IMG/VR virus record: IMGVR_UViG_3300028797_000012
Direction: 5' to 3' (one strand)
Source: an uncultured virus (IMG/VR IMGVR_UViG_3300028797_000012)
Taxonomy: Duplodnaviria > Heunggongvirae > Uroviricota > Caudoviricetes
DNA length: 64,000 bases
The notes under the pieces were generated by a model. That model was not told the DNA's origin, made no database searches, and was given only the letters and a program-made list of their open reading frames with translations. This document shows positions 9,305 to 19,657 of this stretch, piece by piece. A program made the translations under genes and the position numbers. The stretch's first letter is position 1, and each line of letters opens with the position of its first letter.

Positions 9305-9495
9305 GGGCGTCGGGGGACAAGCTTCGCGAGGTCATAGAGTCGAGGGGCTACAGCGTGACGCGGCTCTCCGACGAGTCCGGCGTCGCCCGCTCGACCATCC
9401 AGCGCATGGTGCGCACGGGCGACGGCATGCTGTACTCGTGGCAGGCGGTCGCCTTCGCGCTCGGCGTCCGCGTTTCCGATTTGATAGGGGACTGA
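9301..9495 (+). CDS. Cro/CI-type HTH regulator (apparent ATA start)
   Basis: LREVIESRGYSVTRLSDESGVARSTIQR...VAFALGVRVSDL. Confidence 0.75.
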   Translation: MRASGDKLREVIESRGYSVTRLSDESGVARSTIQRMVRTGDGMLYSWQAVAFALGVRVSDLIGD

Positions 9496-9496
9496 C

Positions 9497-9697
9497 ATGG
9501 AAGACCGACCTGCCCAAGAGACGGTGGACCCAGGCGTGTTCGACAAGCGCCGCGTGGACGAGGCCATAGAGCACGTCTGCGACTACTTCCACGAGCGCGG
9601 CCTGACGCTCTACGAGACATGGCACGTCTGCACGAGCGTCGAGAAGGCGACGCTTGCCGTCATGGGGGAGCACGTGCGGGAGTCCCGCGACGGCTAG
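9497..9697 (+). CDS. Hypothetical protein
   Basis: ORF directly after the HTH gene, AGGGG RBS. Confidence 0.6.
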   Translation: MEDRPAQETVDPGVFDKRRVDEAIEHVCDYFHERGLTLYETWHVCTSVEKATLAVMGEHVRESRDG

Positions 9698-9951
9698 CCC
9701 GGGTACTTCTCGCCCGTTATCTCCTCGTACATCCTGACGTACTCCTTCCCCTCGTCCGACTCCATGAACTCCCTGTCCTTCCTCTCGCCGCGCTCCAGCA
9801 GGAAGTCCATGAACTTCACGAGCAGCAGCGACAGCAGCGCCAGAACCGAGGACACCGCCAGCACCGCGAATATGATGAACGGGATGAACCCGAGGAACTC
9901 TATCCAGCAAGATATGCAGTACGTGAGCGTTATGAAGAAACCGACCGCCAT
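9694..9951 (-). CDS. Small membrane protein
   Basis: Long hydrophobic N-terminal half; AGGAGG RBS. Confidence 0.6.
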   Translation of the reverse strand: MAVGFFITLTYCISCWIEFLGFIPFIIFAVLAVSSVLALLSLLLVKFMDFLLERGERKDREFMESDEGKEYVRMYEEITGEKYPG

Positions 9952-9999
9952 GCTTCCACCTTCCTCCTTGTCATTGCAGATGATACGCCATCTTAGCGG

Positions 10000-11195
10000 C
10001 TACTCGCCGGGCGCTTCGCCGAGCACTTCGCCGAGCCAGTACCGCGCGGCGCTCTCGAACCCGTCGAAGTAGTGCCCCCAGTCCCACTCGTAGTCCACGT
10101 GCTCGTAGCCGAGCATGCCGTGGTAGGGCCTCTGCTGGAAGTAGCTGCCGATTACGTACTCGTGGCGCCCGCTCTCGCATTCGCGGAGCAGGAGCATGCG
10201 GACGTTGCCGCCAGCCTGCTCGACGGTCGCCAGGATTTTCGTGTTCGTGCTGTTGTAGCTGCTCATGGCTATTCCTCCCCGTCGTCGTGGCAAAGTGAGT
10301 CCCAGTATCCGCCCATGAAGTTGATGGCCGTGCTTCCGTGGCCGCAACCGCCGCAAACCATCAGGGTGCCGTCGGGTATCTGGTAGTGCAGGCCCTTGCC
10401 GTCCTGCGGCTCGTAGCCGTGCTCGTCCACGCTTATCGGGCCGTAGATTACGAGCTCGTAGGCCGTGAAGCTCTCAACCTGCCCGCACTTCGGGCACTTG
10501 AATCCTGTGCTCATGGCTATTCCCCCTCTTCGTAATAGGTACCAACGTACTGGTACATCTCCGTGAAATTCGCGCCGCATTCGGCACAGGTGTAGTATTC
10601 GTAGAACCAATGCTTGCCGCTATGGCAGTCATACTCCCAGTCATGGCGCTCGTTCCACATGGCGCCGCATTTCGGGCACTTGCTGAAGCATTCCTTTTCC
10701 TTTGCCGTGGTCATGGTCATTCCTCCTCCGGGTCGTAGTAGAAGCCGTCGCCACATGGGTCCATGTAGAAGCTTTCGATGTCGTCAGGACGCTGGCCGTC
10801 CCATGCGTGGACGTGAATCCTGTCGTCGCCGAAACAGGGGTCGTCTCCCTGTTCGTTCGTGCCGATGCACGCGACCTGGTATTCCCTGCCGTCGTTCGCT
10901 ATCAGGTCGATGGAGAACTCCTTGTACTCGGCATCGTCGCGCACCTTCCAGCACACGAGCTTGCCGAACTTGGTTTCGAGCACCAGGCACTCGTCCAGGC
11001 GCTCGGTCAGCGTGAACCTGCTCATACGTACACCTCCTTGACGTCGATCTGCTGCTCGTTGAGCGACTCGGAAACGCGCTCGATGTTCTCGTCCAGCCAT
11101 CTGCCCGCGAGAATCTCGCACTCGTCGGGCGGCGCGCCGTCGGGAGCCTCGATCTCGTAGCACGTGGTCGCCTCGTACACCGCGATGATTTTCAT
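10000..11195 (-). CDS. Five small genes (10000-10266, 10269-10514, 10517-10720, 10717-11025, 11022-11195), two with zinc ribbons
   Basis: Coupled by TAGCCATG/ATGA junctions with GGAG/GGGG RBSs. Confidence 0.7.
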
Positions 11196-11204
11196 GGCCT
11201 CTCC

Positions 11205-11495
11205 TTAATCCGTGACCTCGAAGTAGTACCTGATATCGTCGCCCTCCAGGTTGTCCAGGCACCAGTTGCGGACCTTGTAGTACAGCTCGGCGTAAAGGTC
11301 GGACAGCGCGTCTTCGCCGGCATCATGGTGCAGCCAGCACCGCCAGTTCGTGACGAGAGCGAGCTCGGTCACATAGACGACGTCAGACTTCCATTCGCCG
11401 AATGCGCGGTCGAACGTGTCGCGGACGGCGGTTTCGCCGAAACAGTCGGCTATCGTGAAGTCCTGCCAGAAGGTTGTCTTGAATTCATAGGGCAT
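11205..11495 (-). CDS. Phage hypothetical protein
   Basis: TTFWQDFTIADCFG..A..DTF.RAF.EWK...Y.TEL..V.NW; resembles a recurrent phage family (from memory). Confidence 0.8.
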   Translation of the reverse strand: MPYEFKTTFWQDFTIADCFGETAVRDTFDRAFGEWKSDVVYVTELALVTNWRCWLHHDAGEDALSDLYAELYYKVRNWCLDNLEGDDIRYYFEVTD

Positions 11496-11505
11496 GGTTT
11501 CCTCC

Positions 11506-13632
11506 TTATGCCTTCGTCCTCATGTCGTACGTCTCCCCGTAAACCGTCATGCGTTCGAGAGGCTCGCCGCCGTCGCCTGCGTAGGCGAATACGTCATAGC
11601 CGCAATCCCAACACTCGAACGCCATGCCGAACAGGTCGTTCGCGTTCCTCACCTTGGTCGCCATGACGTCGCCGCGCATGAACGGGTTCGGGAGCCATCC
11701 GCATCCCCATATCGGGTCTTTCCCGGTCTTGCGGTGGATGATCTCGAAGGGGTCGCAGTCTTCTTCGTCCGAGCCGCCGTAGTGGTACCCGAGCAGGTAC
11801 CATCCAGTTCCCTTGTCCTCGTACATGTAGAGCAGCTCGCTCAGCGCTTGGAGCATTTGCTCGTGGCAGTCATCGCTTACCCATTCGATACCGCCTACGA
11901 AGCATTCGTTTCCCTGCCAGCTCATCGTTTCCTCCTTAAAGACGGTAGTAGTTCCAGTTTGAGCGGCGCTTGAAGACCGTCACCCAATGGCCGTTCTCGA
12001 AGCGCTCGGACTTCATCGTGCGGCGGATTTGCAAGGTGTCTTGCGCGTTGCAGCACCGCCTGTAGAAATCGAGCGCCTCATGGGCGCTCTCGAACTCCTT
12101 CGCCCAATCGTCGTCGGGGTCGTCGTGCTCCGCGACCACTCTGTACAGGGGTTTCATGACTCGTTCCTCCTTCGCCTTGATGTCCGCATCCTCCGGCAGT
12201 ACGCCCGGACGCGCCGCCATGTCCGCCACCATGAACGCCGACCAGTGGCGGTTCGGGTTCTCATGGACGGCTTGCAGCATTTCGTCAAGCCCCTCGTCGG
12301 TCTTGAGGTACTCGTAGACCGCCTCCTCGGCAGCGAAGGTGGACTCCGCATCGACGAGAATCGTCGTGCTCGTGACGTAATCGACCGTTACTTCGTAGAC
12401 CATGGCTTCCAATCCTCCTTAATCGAGACTTCGTCTGTCAGCAGGGCAGGCACGTTGAACGGGTGGCCGAAGATGATTACCCTGTCATCGCGGAACGCCT
12501 CCACCTTCTCGACCTCGAACCAGAGGCACCACGCCGATGACCGCGCGCTTTCGGCCCAATCGCGGGCCTCCTCGATTTCATCGGCGCGGACTCGCTCGAT
12601 GAGCTGCTCGACCAGCAGAACGGCGTCGTACATGTCGCCTGGCTTCAGGTCGCGGACGGGTTTCCTCATGGCTACCACCTCCACCAGATGCCGCGCTTGG
12701 CCTGCCTGCTGAGCAGTATGTAGCCCTGGCTTCCGAATTCGAAGCGCAGGCTGTCGTAGTCGGCCAGCAAATCGGCCGTCAGGCATTCGACAGCGCCGGA
12801 GCGGACGTCGCTCATCCTCTGCGACAGCTCGGACACCGACATGTCCACCACCCAGGCTTCGCGCAGCCCGTCGCTCCAATCGTCGAAGCAGAGCACGCTT
12901 GCGGTGAAATCGCCGTTGATTCTGAAATACGTTCCCTCCATGGCTACCACTCCTCTTTGTTTGCTTCCAGCTGCTCACGCTTCATGAGCTCCAGCTTGTC
13001 GACGAGCCATCCTTCCAGCTCCCAGCCGACGAACTCGGCAGGCTCGAACTGCCTCACGTAGCTCCTCGCGAGGTCTGCGGACAAGATGAACCGCAGCGGG
13101 CAGGTTCCCGCCCAGACGTAGGGCAGCTCCTCTATCTGGTAGATGTCGCCATCGTCCCAACCGACGTCGAGCATTTGCCTGTAGCCCTCCTCGGTGTCGG
13201 CGAGGTAGATTTTGTGGCACCCGTCGAAGAAGAACTCCTCCGCCTCGAACTCGATTCCGTTGATGGTTCCCTTCATGTTCATCGCTCCTCTCCGTACAGC
13301 GCGTCGGCTGCGATTTGCAACAGGCGCTCGGCTTCCGCCCTGTCCTTCGCGGGGAATTTTGCGAGCACATCCTTGCAGTACAGGCTGGTCGTGTAATACC
13401 GAATGCGTACGATGCAGTTGAACTGGTATCCGCGTTCGAACAGTTCGGCATCCTCGTGGTTGGCCTTGAACGACGTGTCATACGCTTTGAACCATACGTC
13501 GCCGTCAGAGTAGTCAACATAACCGTCTGGACTCTTTAAGTCATGCGGCCAACCTTTCGGCCAGTCGGTTATCGCTTCGAAATCTTCACCATATTCGGTG
13601 TTGTAGAAGTCAAGTTCGTACATGTTCATCAT
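11506..13632 (-). CDS. Six hypothetical genes (11506-11925, 11936-12403, 12388-12669, 12672-12941, 12944-13282, 13279-13632)
   Basis: Acidic ORFs with strong RBSs, tightly packed. Confidence 0.7.
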
Positions 13633-13712
13633 TCCTTCTCGTGTCCCATATTCGCGTTCGCTCGCGCCCGACCGACCTGATGCGCAGCCGTGGCGCGGGC
13701 ACATCCGCATGG

Positions 13713-14291
13713 CTACCAGCTGGCGTGGTAGTGGAACGTCACGTTCCATTCGTCCACCTCGCCCTTCTCGCGCCAGCTAGACCACGTCAGGTCGCCGACG
13801 GAGTGCTGGGTGTACTGCTCGACGTTGTCGAGAATCGCGTCGATGCCCTTCACGGTGATGACGAGCTGGTCGAAGTAGTAGTCGTCGTAGCCCGTGCTGC
13901 CGAAGAAGAAGCCGCTCCGCGTCGGGAGCAGCCTCTCGGCGGTGGACGGGTCTTCGATTACCATGACGCGCTCCTTCACGGTCTCAAGCCTCCCCGTTCC
14001 AGGGTTGACGCGCTGGAACTCAAGCACATCGCCGACCACCAGCTTCGACCCCGCGATGACCTCCTTGCAGGTGTCGCGGAGCTTGATGAGGTCGGGCACG
14101 CTGACATTGCATGTCGAGTAATTGTCGTTGCCGCCCATAAGGTTGTCCACGAACCATCCGTGGATGGCGTTCGCCTTGCGCCAATAGATGGCGTCCCCGT
14201 AGGGCAGGCGCCACATCTCGCCGCCAATCGCCTCAAGAGCCGCCTTGCAGACCTTCTTGCTGTTCGTGCTCAAGTACATATCTAAGCCCAT
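13713..14291 (-). CDS. Widespread conserved phage protein of unknown function
   Basis: MGLDMYL...YWRKANAIHGWF...LLPTRSGFFFGS..YD.YY...YHASW signature. Confidence 0.85.
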   Translation of the reverse strand: MGLDMYLSTNSKKVCKAALEAIGGEMWRLPYGDAIYWRKANAIHGWFVDNLMGGNDNYSTCNVSVPDLIKLRDTCKEVIAGSKLVVGDVLEFQRVNPGTGRLETVKERVMVIEDPSTAERLLPTRSGFFFGSTGYDDYYFDQLVITVKGIDAILDNVEQYTQHSVGDLTWSSWREKGEVDEWNVTFHYHASW

Positions 14292-14295
14292 GGTT

Positions 14296-14680
14296 TCTCC
14301 TCTCGAAATGGTTGGAGCCGCTAAGAAAGGCGGCTCCGTGATTCATGTTCGCGTTTTCCGTTACTCGTACATGGCGTCGTCAACGATGACGTCGATGATT
14401 TCCCATCCCTCCTCGATGCTGCGCTCCTTCAGCGTGCGTTCGAAGCGGTTGCCGAGGATGCGCTCGATGTTCTCGTCGGTCAGCTCGACGCCGTGATGTG
14501 CCATCATGTCGAGCAAGTCCGCGATTTTCCATTCGATTTTGCAGATGGTTTCGTTCGGGTCGTAGCTCCCGTCGTAGATGACCTCGTCTGCATAGACCGC
14601 GTAGGATGCCTTGTACATAGCCTCTCCTCTCGAAATGGTTGGAGCCGCCCCGAAAAGGACGGCTCCGCGTTACATGGCTC
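14296..14680 (-). repeat. Duplicated gene leader: GGAGCCG/CGGCTCC hairpin plus RBS
   Basis: 26 identical nt (tctcctctcgaaatggttggagccgc) at 14296-14321 and 14623-14648. Confidence 0.9.
14361..14618 (-). CDS. Hypothetical protein
   Basis: ORF between the two duplicated leaders. Confidence 0.75.
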   Translation of the reverse strand: MYKASYAVYADEVIYDGSYDPNETICKIEWKIADLLDMMAHHGVELTDENIERILGNRFERTLKERSIEEGWEIIDVIVDDAMYE

Positions 14681-14691
14681 CAGGCGGGTTG

Positions 14692-15405
14692 CTACGCAGG
14701 CATGAACACCGTGCCGCCGCTCACACCCTTGCCCTTCAGCTCGGGGTAGGTCTTCTTGACCTTCTCCACCAGCTCCTTCTCGCTGATGGCCGGCAGCTCC
14801 GACTCCTCGCACAGCTTCTTGTACTGCGAGTAGACCGTCTTGCTGTGCAGGTTCACGAACGACAGGAAGCTCTTGTCCTTCATGAACAGCGCCACGCCGT
14901 CATCGGCGGTGGGCTGGGCTTCGGCGGGCGGCTCCATGGTGGGCGCCGCCGCCATCTTCTCCTGCGGCCTGGCCTTCACGGCGTCCGCCACAGCCATGGC
15001 GAGCAGCTCGATGGCTTCGCCGTTGTCCAGGTTCGGCAGGTAGGTGGACATGCCGAACAGCGCCACGCCGCCGAGCTTGACCGCGCACGCGGAGTTCGGG
15101 ACGCTGTACACTGGGCACGCGGGCGTGCATTCCTCGTTCGAGAACGGGCACATGTTGCTGGGTTTGTCTGCCATGGAATCATCCTCCAAGTCCTTGTATT
15201 CGTCGTCGTCGATTTTCCTGCCCTGCCATTTGAGCCAGCGCTGCGAGACCTCCTCCTCGTTGAAGCCGTCGCAGCGGAAGCGCTTCGTTATCACCTTCCC
15301 GTCCGGCAGGGTGGCGCTGCCCACATAGGTGTTCGTCTTGCCTATGCGCTCAAGCGTCCCGTTGTCGTTTCGGCGGATCACGCCGCCGCGGTTGATGGAA
15401 CCCAT
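14692..15405 (-). CDS. Multi-domain hypothetical protein, possible C-terminal winged helix
   Basis: Cys cluster CPF...C...C; C-terminal VYSQYKKLCEE...ISEKEL resembles D5/primase C-terminal helices. Confidence 0.65.
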   Translation of the reverse strand: MGSINRGGVIRRNDNGTLERIGKTNTYVGSATLPDGKVITKRFRCDGFNEEEVSQRWLKWQGRKIDDDEYKDLEDDSMADKPSNMCPFSNEECTPACPVYSVPNSACAVKLGGVALFGMSTYLPNLDNGEAIELLAMAVADAVKARPQEKMAAAPTMEPPAEAQPTADDGVALFMKDKSFLSFVNLHSKTVYSQYKKLCEESELPAISEKELVEKVKKTYPELKGKGVSGGTVFMPA

Positions 15406-15472
15406 CGGTTACCTCCTTCGTGTTCGTGGGAAATATTGGGGCGCCCGAGAGCGCCCCGCCCTGCATGGCCGC

Positions 15473-15769
15473 CTACGAATCGACCCTGACCAGGTACACA
15501 TGACCCTTCACGTGGAAGGTGCTGAGCGTGGTCTCAAGCGCCAGCTCCTCGATTTTCTTCGCGAGCGCCGACCTTATCGAAGTCGGGGTGCTCTTCGTCA
15601 TGGTGCGCTGGGTGCGCCCGAAGTCCTGCGGTTCGATTTCGACGGCATCGTAGCCGCTGTCCAGGAACCGCCTGATGGCGCTTGCCGCGTGCACGGGCAT
15701 CGTGACGTTGCCGTTGTTGAAGTTGCGGGAACGGATTTCGGATACCTGCTCGAAAGTCATGGGTTTCAT
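15473..15769 (-). CDS. Hypothetical protein
   Basis: AAGGAG RBS. Confidence 0.7.
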   Translation of the reverse strand: MKPMTFEQVSEIRSRNFNNGNVTMPVHAASAIRRFLDSGYDAVEIEPQDFGRTQRTMTKSTPTSIRSALAKKIEELALETTLSTFHVKGHVYLVRVDS

Positions 15770-15833
15770 GCTGTTCTCCTTCTGCTGTTTTGTCGCTAAT
15801 CTGTCGGTGCTTGCTGCTGTTTCGTGCTTCGTC

Positions 15834-16475
15834 TTAGGCTTCCTGCGGCTTCATCCACCACCCCTCTCCGTAATGCTTGCTGCGGCCATGGCGCAATCCC
15901 ATTTCCGCAAGCTCCTCCTCGTGGCCGTCCAGCTCGCCGACCACCCAGATGCACGCGCCTTCCTTGCGCTGGCGCACCAGGACGTTGCCCCACATGGCGG
16001 CAAGCTCGCGCAGGGTGGACATGGTGACCTCGGCGGCGGCTTCGACCGCGGCTTCCTCGGCACGAGCGGCCTCGGCTTCCTCGGTCATCTGCTTCTCGGT
16101 CTCGCTGACGAACACGACGTACTCGCTGCGGCTCATGGAGCGGCCGTTGTCGATGAGCGCCTTCAGCGCGGCGGCCTTGCTCTCGCATACGTGCGGCCTG
16201 GATGCCACAGCGCCGTCGAGCGCCGCCATGACGGGCGTGGACTCCGCGTACTCGATGGCGGCCTTCCTGGTGGCGAACACCATGGCATGCGAGAACGCGC
16301 TGAGCCCTGTCGCCAGGTCATCGACCGTCCACTTGCTGCCCTTGCGGCGTGCGCCGAGCGTCCACTTCTTGCGGGGGGTGGACAGCTCGAAGACGTACCC
16401 CTCGACGCTCACGGCCTTCACGTTCGCGCCGTCGTTGATTACGATGTCGTAGCTCTTCTTCGTCAAAGTAGTCAT
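15834..16475 (-). CDS. Hypothetical protein
   Basis: GAAAGGA RBS; C-terminal CIWVVG...L...G.R...W module. Confidence 0.75.
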   Translation of the reverse strand: MTTLTKKSYDIVINDGANVKAVSVEGYVFELSTPRKKWTLGARRKGSKWTVDDLATGLSAFSHAMVFATRKAAIEYAESTPVMAALDGAVASRPHVCESKAAALKALIDNGRSMSRSEYVVFVSETEKQMTEEAEAARAEEAAVEAAAEVTMSTLRELAAMWGNVLVRQRKEGACIWVVGELDGHEEELAEMGLRHGRSKHYGEGWWMKPQEA

Positions 16476-16498
16476 GCTGGTTCCTTTCGCTAGGCATG

Positions 16499-16527
16499 AA
16501 AAAGGGGAGCCGCTTCATCGACTCCCC
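16499..16527 (-). terminator. Intrinsic terminator-like hairpin
   Basis: Minus strand GGGGAGTCG-ATGAAG-CGGCTCCCC then TTTTT. Confidence 0.65.
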
Positions 16528-16553
16528 AGGTTCCCGATGTGTGTTGCCAGCCG

Positions 16554-16832
16554 TTACCGCGGCATCAGGTCTCCGCTGACGGCTTCTATGACGAACTCCT
16601 CAAGCAGCTCCATGGCCGAGCATTCGCGCTCGGCAACCCTTCGGAGCATCTCGTCGTTGAGCTCGTCCCTCGTGTACGGGCTGCGCTCGACCAGGTAGGC
16701 GTACAGCGACTCGCGCCATCCCTGGGTCGCGCACAGCTTGGCTTCGGCGAGGTACGTCGCATAGGGTTCCTGCAACGTGAACTCGCCCTCCTCGTTCATC
16801 GTCCAGACACCGACCGTGCCCATAGGCATCAC
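16554..16832 (-). CDS. Hypothetical protein
   Basis: AAGGAGG RBS. Confidence 0.7.
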   Translation of the reverse strand: MMPMGTVGVWTMNEEGEFTLQEPYATYLAEAKLCATQGWRESLYAYLVERSPYTRDELNDEMLRRVAERECSAMELLEEFVIEAVSGDLMPR

Positions 16833-16836
16833 CTCC

Positions 16837-17829
16837 TTAGAATTTCGTCATCAACGCCTTCGAAACCGCCTTCTGCTGCTCGTTGGAAGCGTGCAGGGCC
16901 TCGTAGTACGACGGGTCTTCCTCATACCCGAGCTCAAGCGCCTCGCGCTCGGATTCCTCGGCGAGTATGTCGGCGGCCATGGAGTCGGCGCCCTTCTCCG
17001 TGTCGCAGACGGGGTAGGTCAGGGCGCATTCCTCGTTCCACAGGCAGTCGGCGCACGCCGCGTACGGCAGGGCGTCCACGAGGTCTTCGAGCTTCTCGCC
17101 GTAAGCGAGGCCGTACTCGTCGTCATCGTCGTCATCGTCCCATATGCCGTAGGACGCACGCACCGTCGATGCCGTGCGCCATCCGCCCTCGTGCCAGCCC
17201 GTGTCGCTGTACCATATGTCCTTGTACGACGACCAGTTGGTGACCGTGCGCAGGTAGCTCGTGTTGGAGAACTTCACGCCCTCCTTGTCGTAGAAGTGGC
17301 CGACCGTCTTGATTTCGCCCGAGCCGTCCATGATGGCGAGCTTTGACCCGCATGCGTCCTCAAGCAGCTCGGTTGCGTAGTCGTTGTGCATGAAGTTCGG
17401 GTTCATCTTCGCCAGCGGCGTCATGAAGCATGCGATGAAGTCCATGGAGTCCGACCACTCGGCTCCCGTGCTCCTTCCCGTGATGACGCCGTTGTGCGCC
17501 ACGCCGAAGCGCGCGGAGACCTCCGTCGCCCTCATGTCCTCCTTCGAGTCCGTGAGCGGGAACGGGTGGCAGCAGGCGGGCTTCACGCCGCCGTGAGTCG
17601 CAATCCTGAAGTGCATGACGATGGACACGTCGTCCTGCATCCACGTCGGGATTTCGTCATCCAACGCGTCCAGGAAATCGCCGAACTTCATGAACCCCTT
17701 GCGGATTTTCACGGTCTTGCCGTCGGCGTACATGAACCCCGCGCCGTCGGGGTTGGCGGTGAAGCACGCCCTCAGGGTCTCGGTGTCGGGCATCTTGGTG
17801 TCTGCGGGTTTGGCTACGATGATGCACAT
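16837..17829 (-). CDS. Class II (Ntn) glutamine amidotransferase
   Basis: N-terminal M-C-II nucleophile, NPDGAG, HFRIATHG, CHPF, AHNG, SDS; acidic C-terminal tail. Confidence 0.88.
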   Translation of the reverse strand: MCIIVAKPADTKMPDTETLRACFTANPDGAGFMYADGKTVKIRKGFMKFGDFLDALDDEIPTWMQDDVSIVMHFRIATHGGVKPACCHPFPLTDSKEDMRATEVSARFGVAHNGVITGRSTGAEWSDSMDFIACFMTPLAKMNPNFMHNDYATELLEDACGSKLAIMDGSGEIKTVGHFYDKEGVKFSNTSYLRTVTNWSSYKDIWYSDTGWHEGGWRTASTVRASYGIWDDDDDDDEYGLAYGEKLEDLVDALPYAACADCLWNEECALTYPVCDTEKGADSMAADILAEESEREALELGYEEDPSYYEALHASNEQQKAVSKALMTKF

Positions 17830-17882
17830 GTTGCATTCCTTTCGTTCGTGTTCTCTGGTTTCGTCGGGGAGGTGGACAGCCG

Positions 17883-19511
17883 CTAGAGCAGCTCTTTGTT
17901 CTCCAGGTAGTCGCGCAGGTACTCGCGGGACTTCGGCTCGTCGCATGCGGACATGACGTCCTTCATGAGCTGGTACCATTCGACCGTCTCGACGTAGTGG
18001 GCGCTGTGCATCTTGGCGACGTGGCACATGCCGTTCACCAGGGCGAGGCAGGCGAAGTAGGTGGACATGTTCAGCGTCCCGCGGAAGATGCGGAACTCGA
18101 ACGTGTTCTGGTGCTGGAAGTTGAGCGCCTGCTCGTGGCGGCGTTCGTACTTCATGTCGCGAGCCTTGTCCAGCGTGCGGCTGGGGGAGTCGGGCTCGCC
18201 CTGCTCGTCGGGGCCGTACACCCCGCTCGTGGTGTACTCGCACCAGCGGTTCGAGCGGCGGCGCGAGAACTTCGTGAGCTCGTTCTCGAACCGTTGCAGC
18301 AGCCTCATCAGCTTGTAGCCGCCGACGTCCTGGAGGTCTACGCTCTTCCCGAAGAACAGGCGGTTCACATGGACGTGCAGGCCGCAGCGTCCGCCGTCAT
18401 GGCTCCGGAAGCTGTTCGCGAGCGCCGCGCCGCGAATCTTCGTGTAGACGTCGGCGAGCTCGTTGGCGTGATAGGCCAGCGTGCACGGCATGGACGTGAT
18501 TTCGACGCCGTTCTCAAGCGACGAGTCGCGGGTCATCCAGAAGTGCTCCTTGAACCCCTCGATATCGGCGAGCTGGACTACGTAGGCTTCGCGGTCATAG
18601 CCGCCGTCGGTCTCCAGCTCGACGCCAAGGAGCGGGGACTTCGCGTAATCGCCGAAGAACTTGATGAGCGGCGTCCAGCCGTAATCGTGCAGCTCGCCGT
18701 TCGCGTTTCGGCGCCGTATGCAGGACGGGCAGAAATAGGAATCGTCTTCATCGTCGTATTCCATGACCGACTCGTCCCAGCACGTGCCGCACCCCTCGCA
18801 TTCGCGGGTTTCGTCCTCCCAGCACGACTCGCACCAGAGGAGGTTGCCCTCCTCCGTGCGCACCACATACGTGCGGTTGTTCGGCACCCATTCGTCGCAG
18901 TGGGCGCAGCGCGTGAAGTCGTGGCTCGCACAACTGTCGCCACAGAAGAAATGGCCGTCGAGCTCGATGCTGTAGTAGCTGCCCGTGGATACCCAATCGC
19001 CGCACCACTCGCAGCATTCGTAGCCAGCTTCGTGGGCGCATTCCGCCGAGCAGAAGAGCTGGCCGCCCACGGTGAGGACACTGTCGTCATCATGGCTGTG
19101 CGAATCGAACCGCTCGCCGCACTGGGGGCAGGTGTGGACGCCGGCATCGTTGGCGCACGTGGTCGAGCAGAACAGGCGACCTTCGTGCTCGACGGAGTAC
19201 GGGTCGTCAGGGTCGACCACGGATCGGCAGCACTCGCATAACCGCACGCCCTGGGCTTCGGCCGCCGCGTTCATGGCGTCTTCCAGGAGGCCGGCTTCAC
19301 GGGACGAGTAGATGTTCGATGATATCCTCCGCATCTGTTCGAGGTCGCCGTCCATTACTTCGATGGCCGCGAGCAGGACGGCCTCGCGTGCGATCGCGTA
19401 CTCATTCCGCGTCAGGTTGCCCTCCAGGCGGTCCGCGTAGAGCCGACGGCAGCCCTCGATGTACTCCTCATACGGGGTGAGCTGGACGCTGTTCGTGTTC
19501 GTGTTCGGCAT
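17883..19511 (-). CDS. Putative amidoligase (COOH-NH2 ligase) with N-terminal zinc-ribbon repeats
   Basis: GVELE, DSSL..GVEITS.P, CGLHVHV, ALN, TFEFRIFRGT; about five tandem CxxC...CxxC units. Confidence 0.88.
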   Translation of the reverse strand: MPNTNTNSVQLTPYEEYIEGCRRLYADRLEGNLTRNEYAIAREAVLLAAIEVMDGDLEQMRRISSNIYSSREAGLLEDAMNAAAEAQGVRLCECCRSVVDPDDPYSVEHEGRLFCSTTCANDAGVHTCPQCGERFDSHSHDDDSVLTVGGQLFCSAECAHEAGYECCEWCGDWVSTGSYYSIELDGHFFCGDSCASHDFTRCAHCDEWVPNNRTYVVRTEEGNLLWCESCWEDETRECEGCGTCWDESVMEYDDEDDSYFCPSCIRRRNANGELHDYGWTPLIKFFGDYAKSPLLGVELETDGGYDREAYVVQLADIEGFKEHFWMTRDSSLENGVEITSMPCTLAYHANELADVYTKIRGAALANSFRSHDGGRCGLHVHVNRLFFGKSVDLQDVGGYKLMRLLQRFENELTKFSRRRSNRWCEYTTSGVYGPDEQGEPDSPSRTLDKARDMKYERRHEQALNFQHQNTFEFRIFRGTLNMSTYFACLALVNGMCHVAKMHSAHYVETVEWYQLMKDVMSACDEPKSREYLRDYLENKELL

Positions 19512-19605
19512 GGTACAATTCCTTTCGTTCGTGAGCTGCCGAAGTTTCCTAGGCAGCGGCAGCTCGACTTACATGGCAACGCCCCACTGCGGGGCGTTGT
19601 TGCTG

Positions 19606-19640
19606 AAAAGAAAAAGCCCCGTTCATCGGGGCGTTTTTTG
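19606..19640. terminator. Bidirectional terminator-like hairpin
   Basis: A-tract, GCCCC-GTTCATC-GGGGC, T-tract; near copy at 20037-20060. Confidence 0.7.
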
Positions 19641-19657
19641 TGATTCGTAGATTTGGG

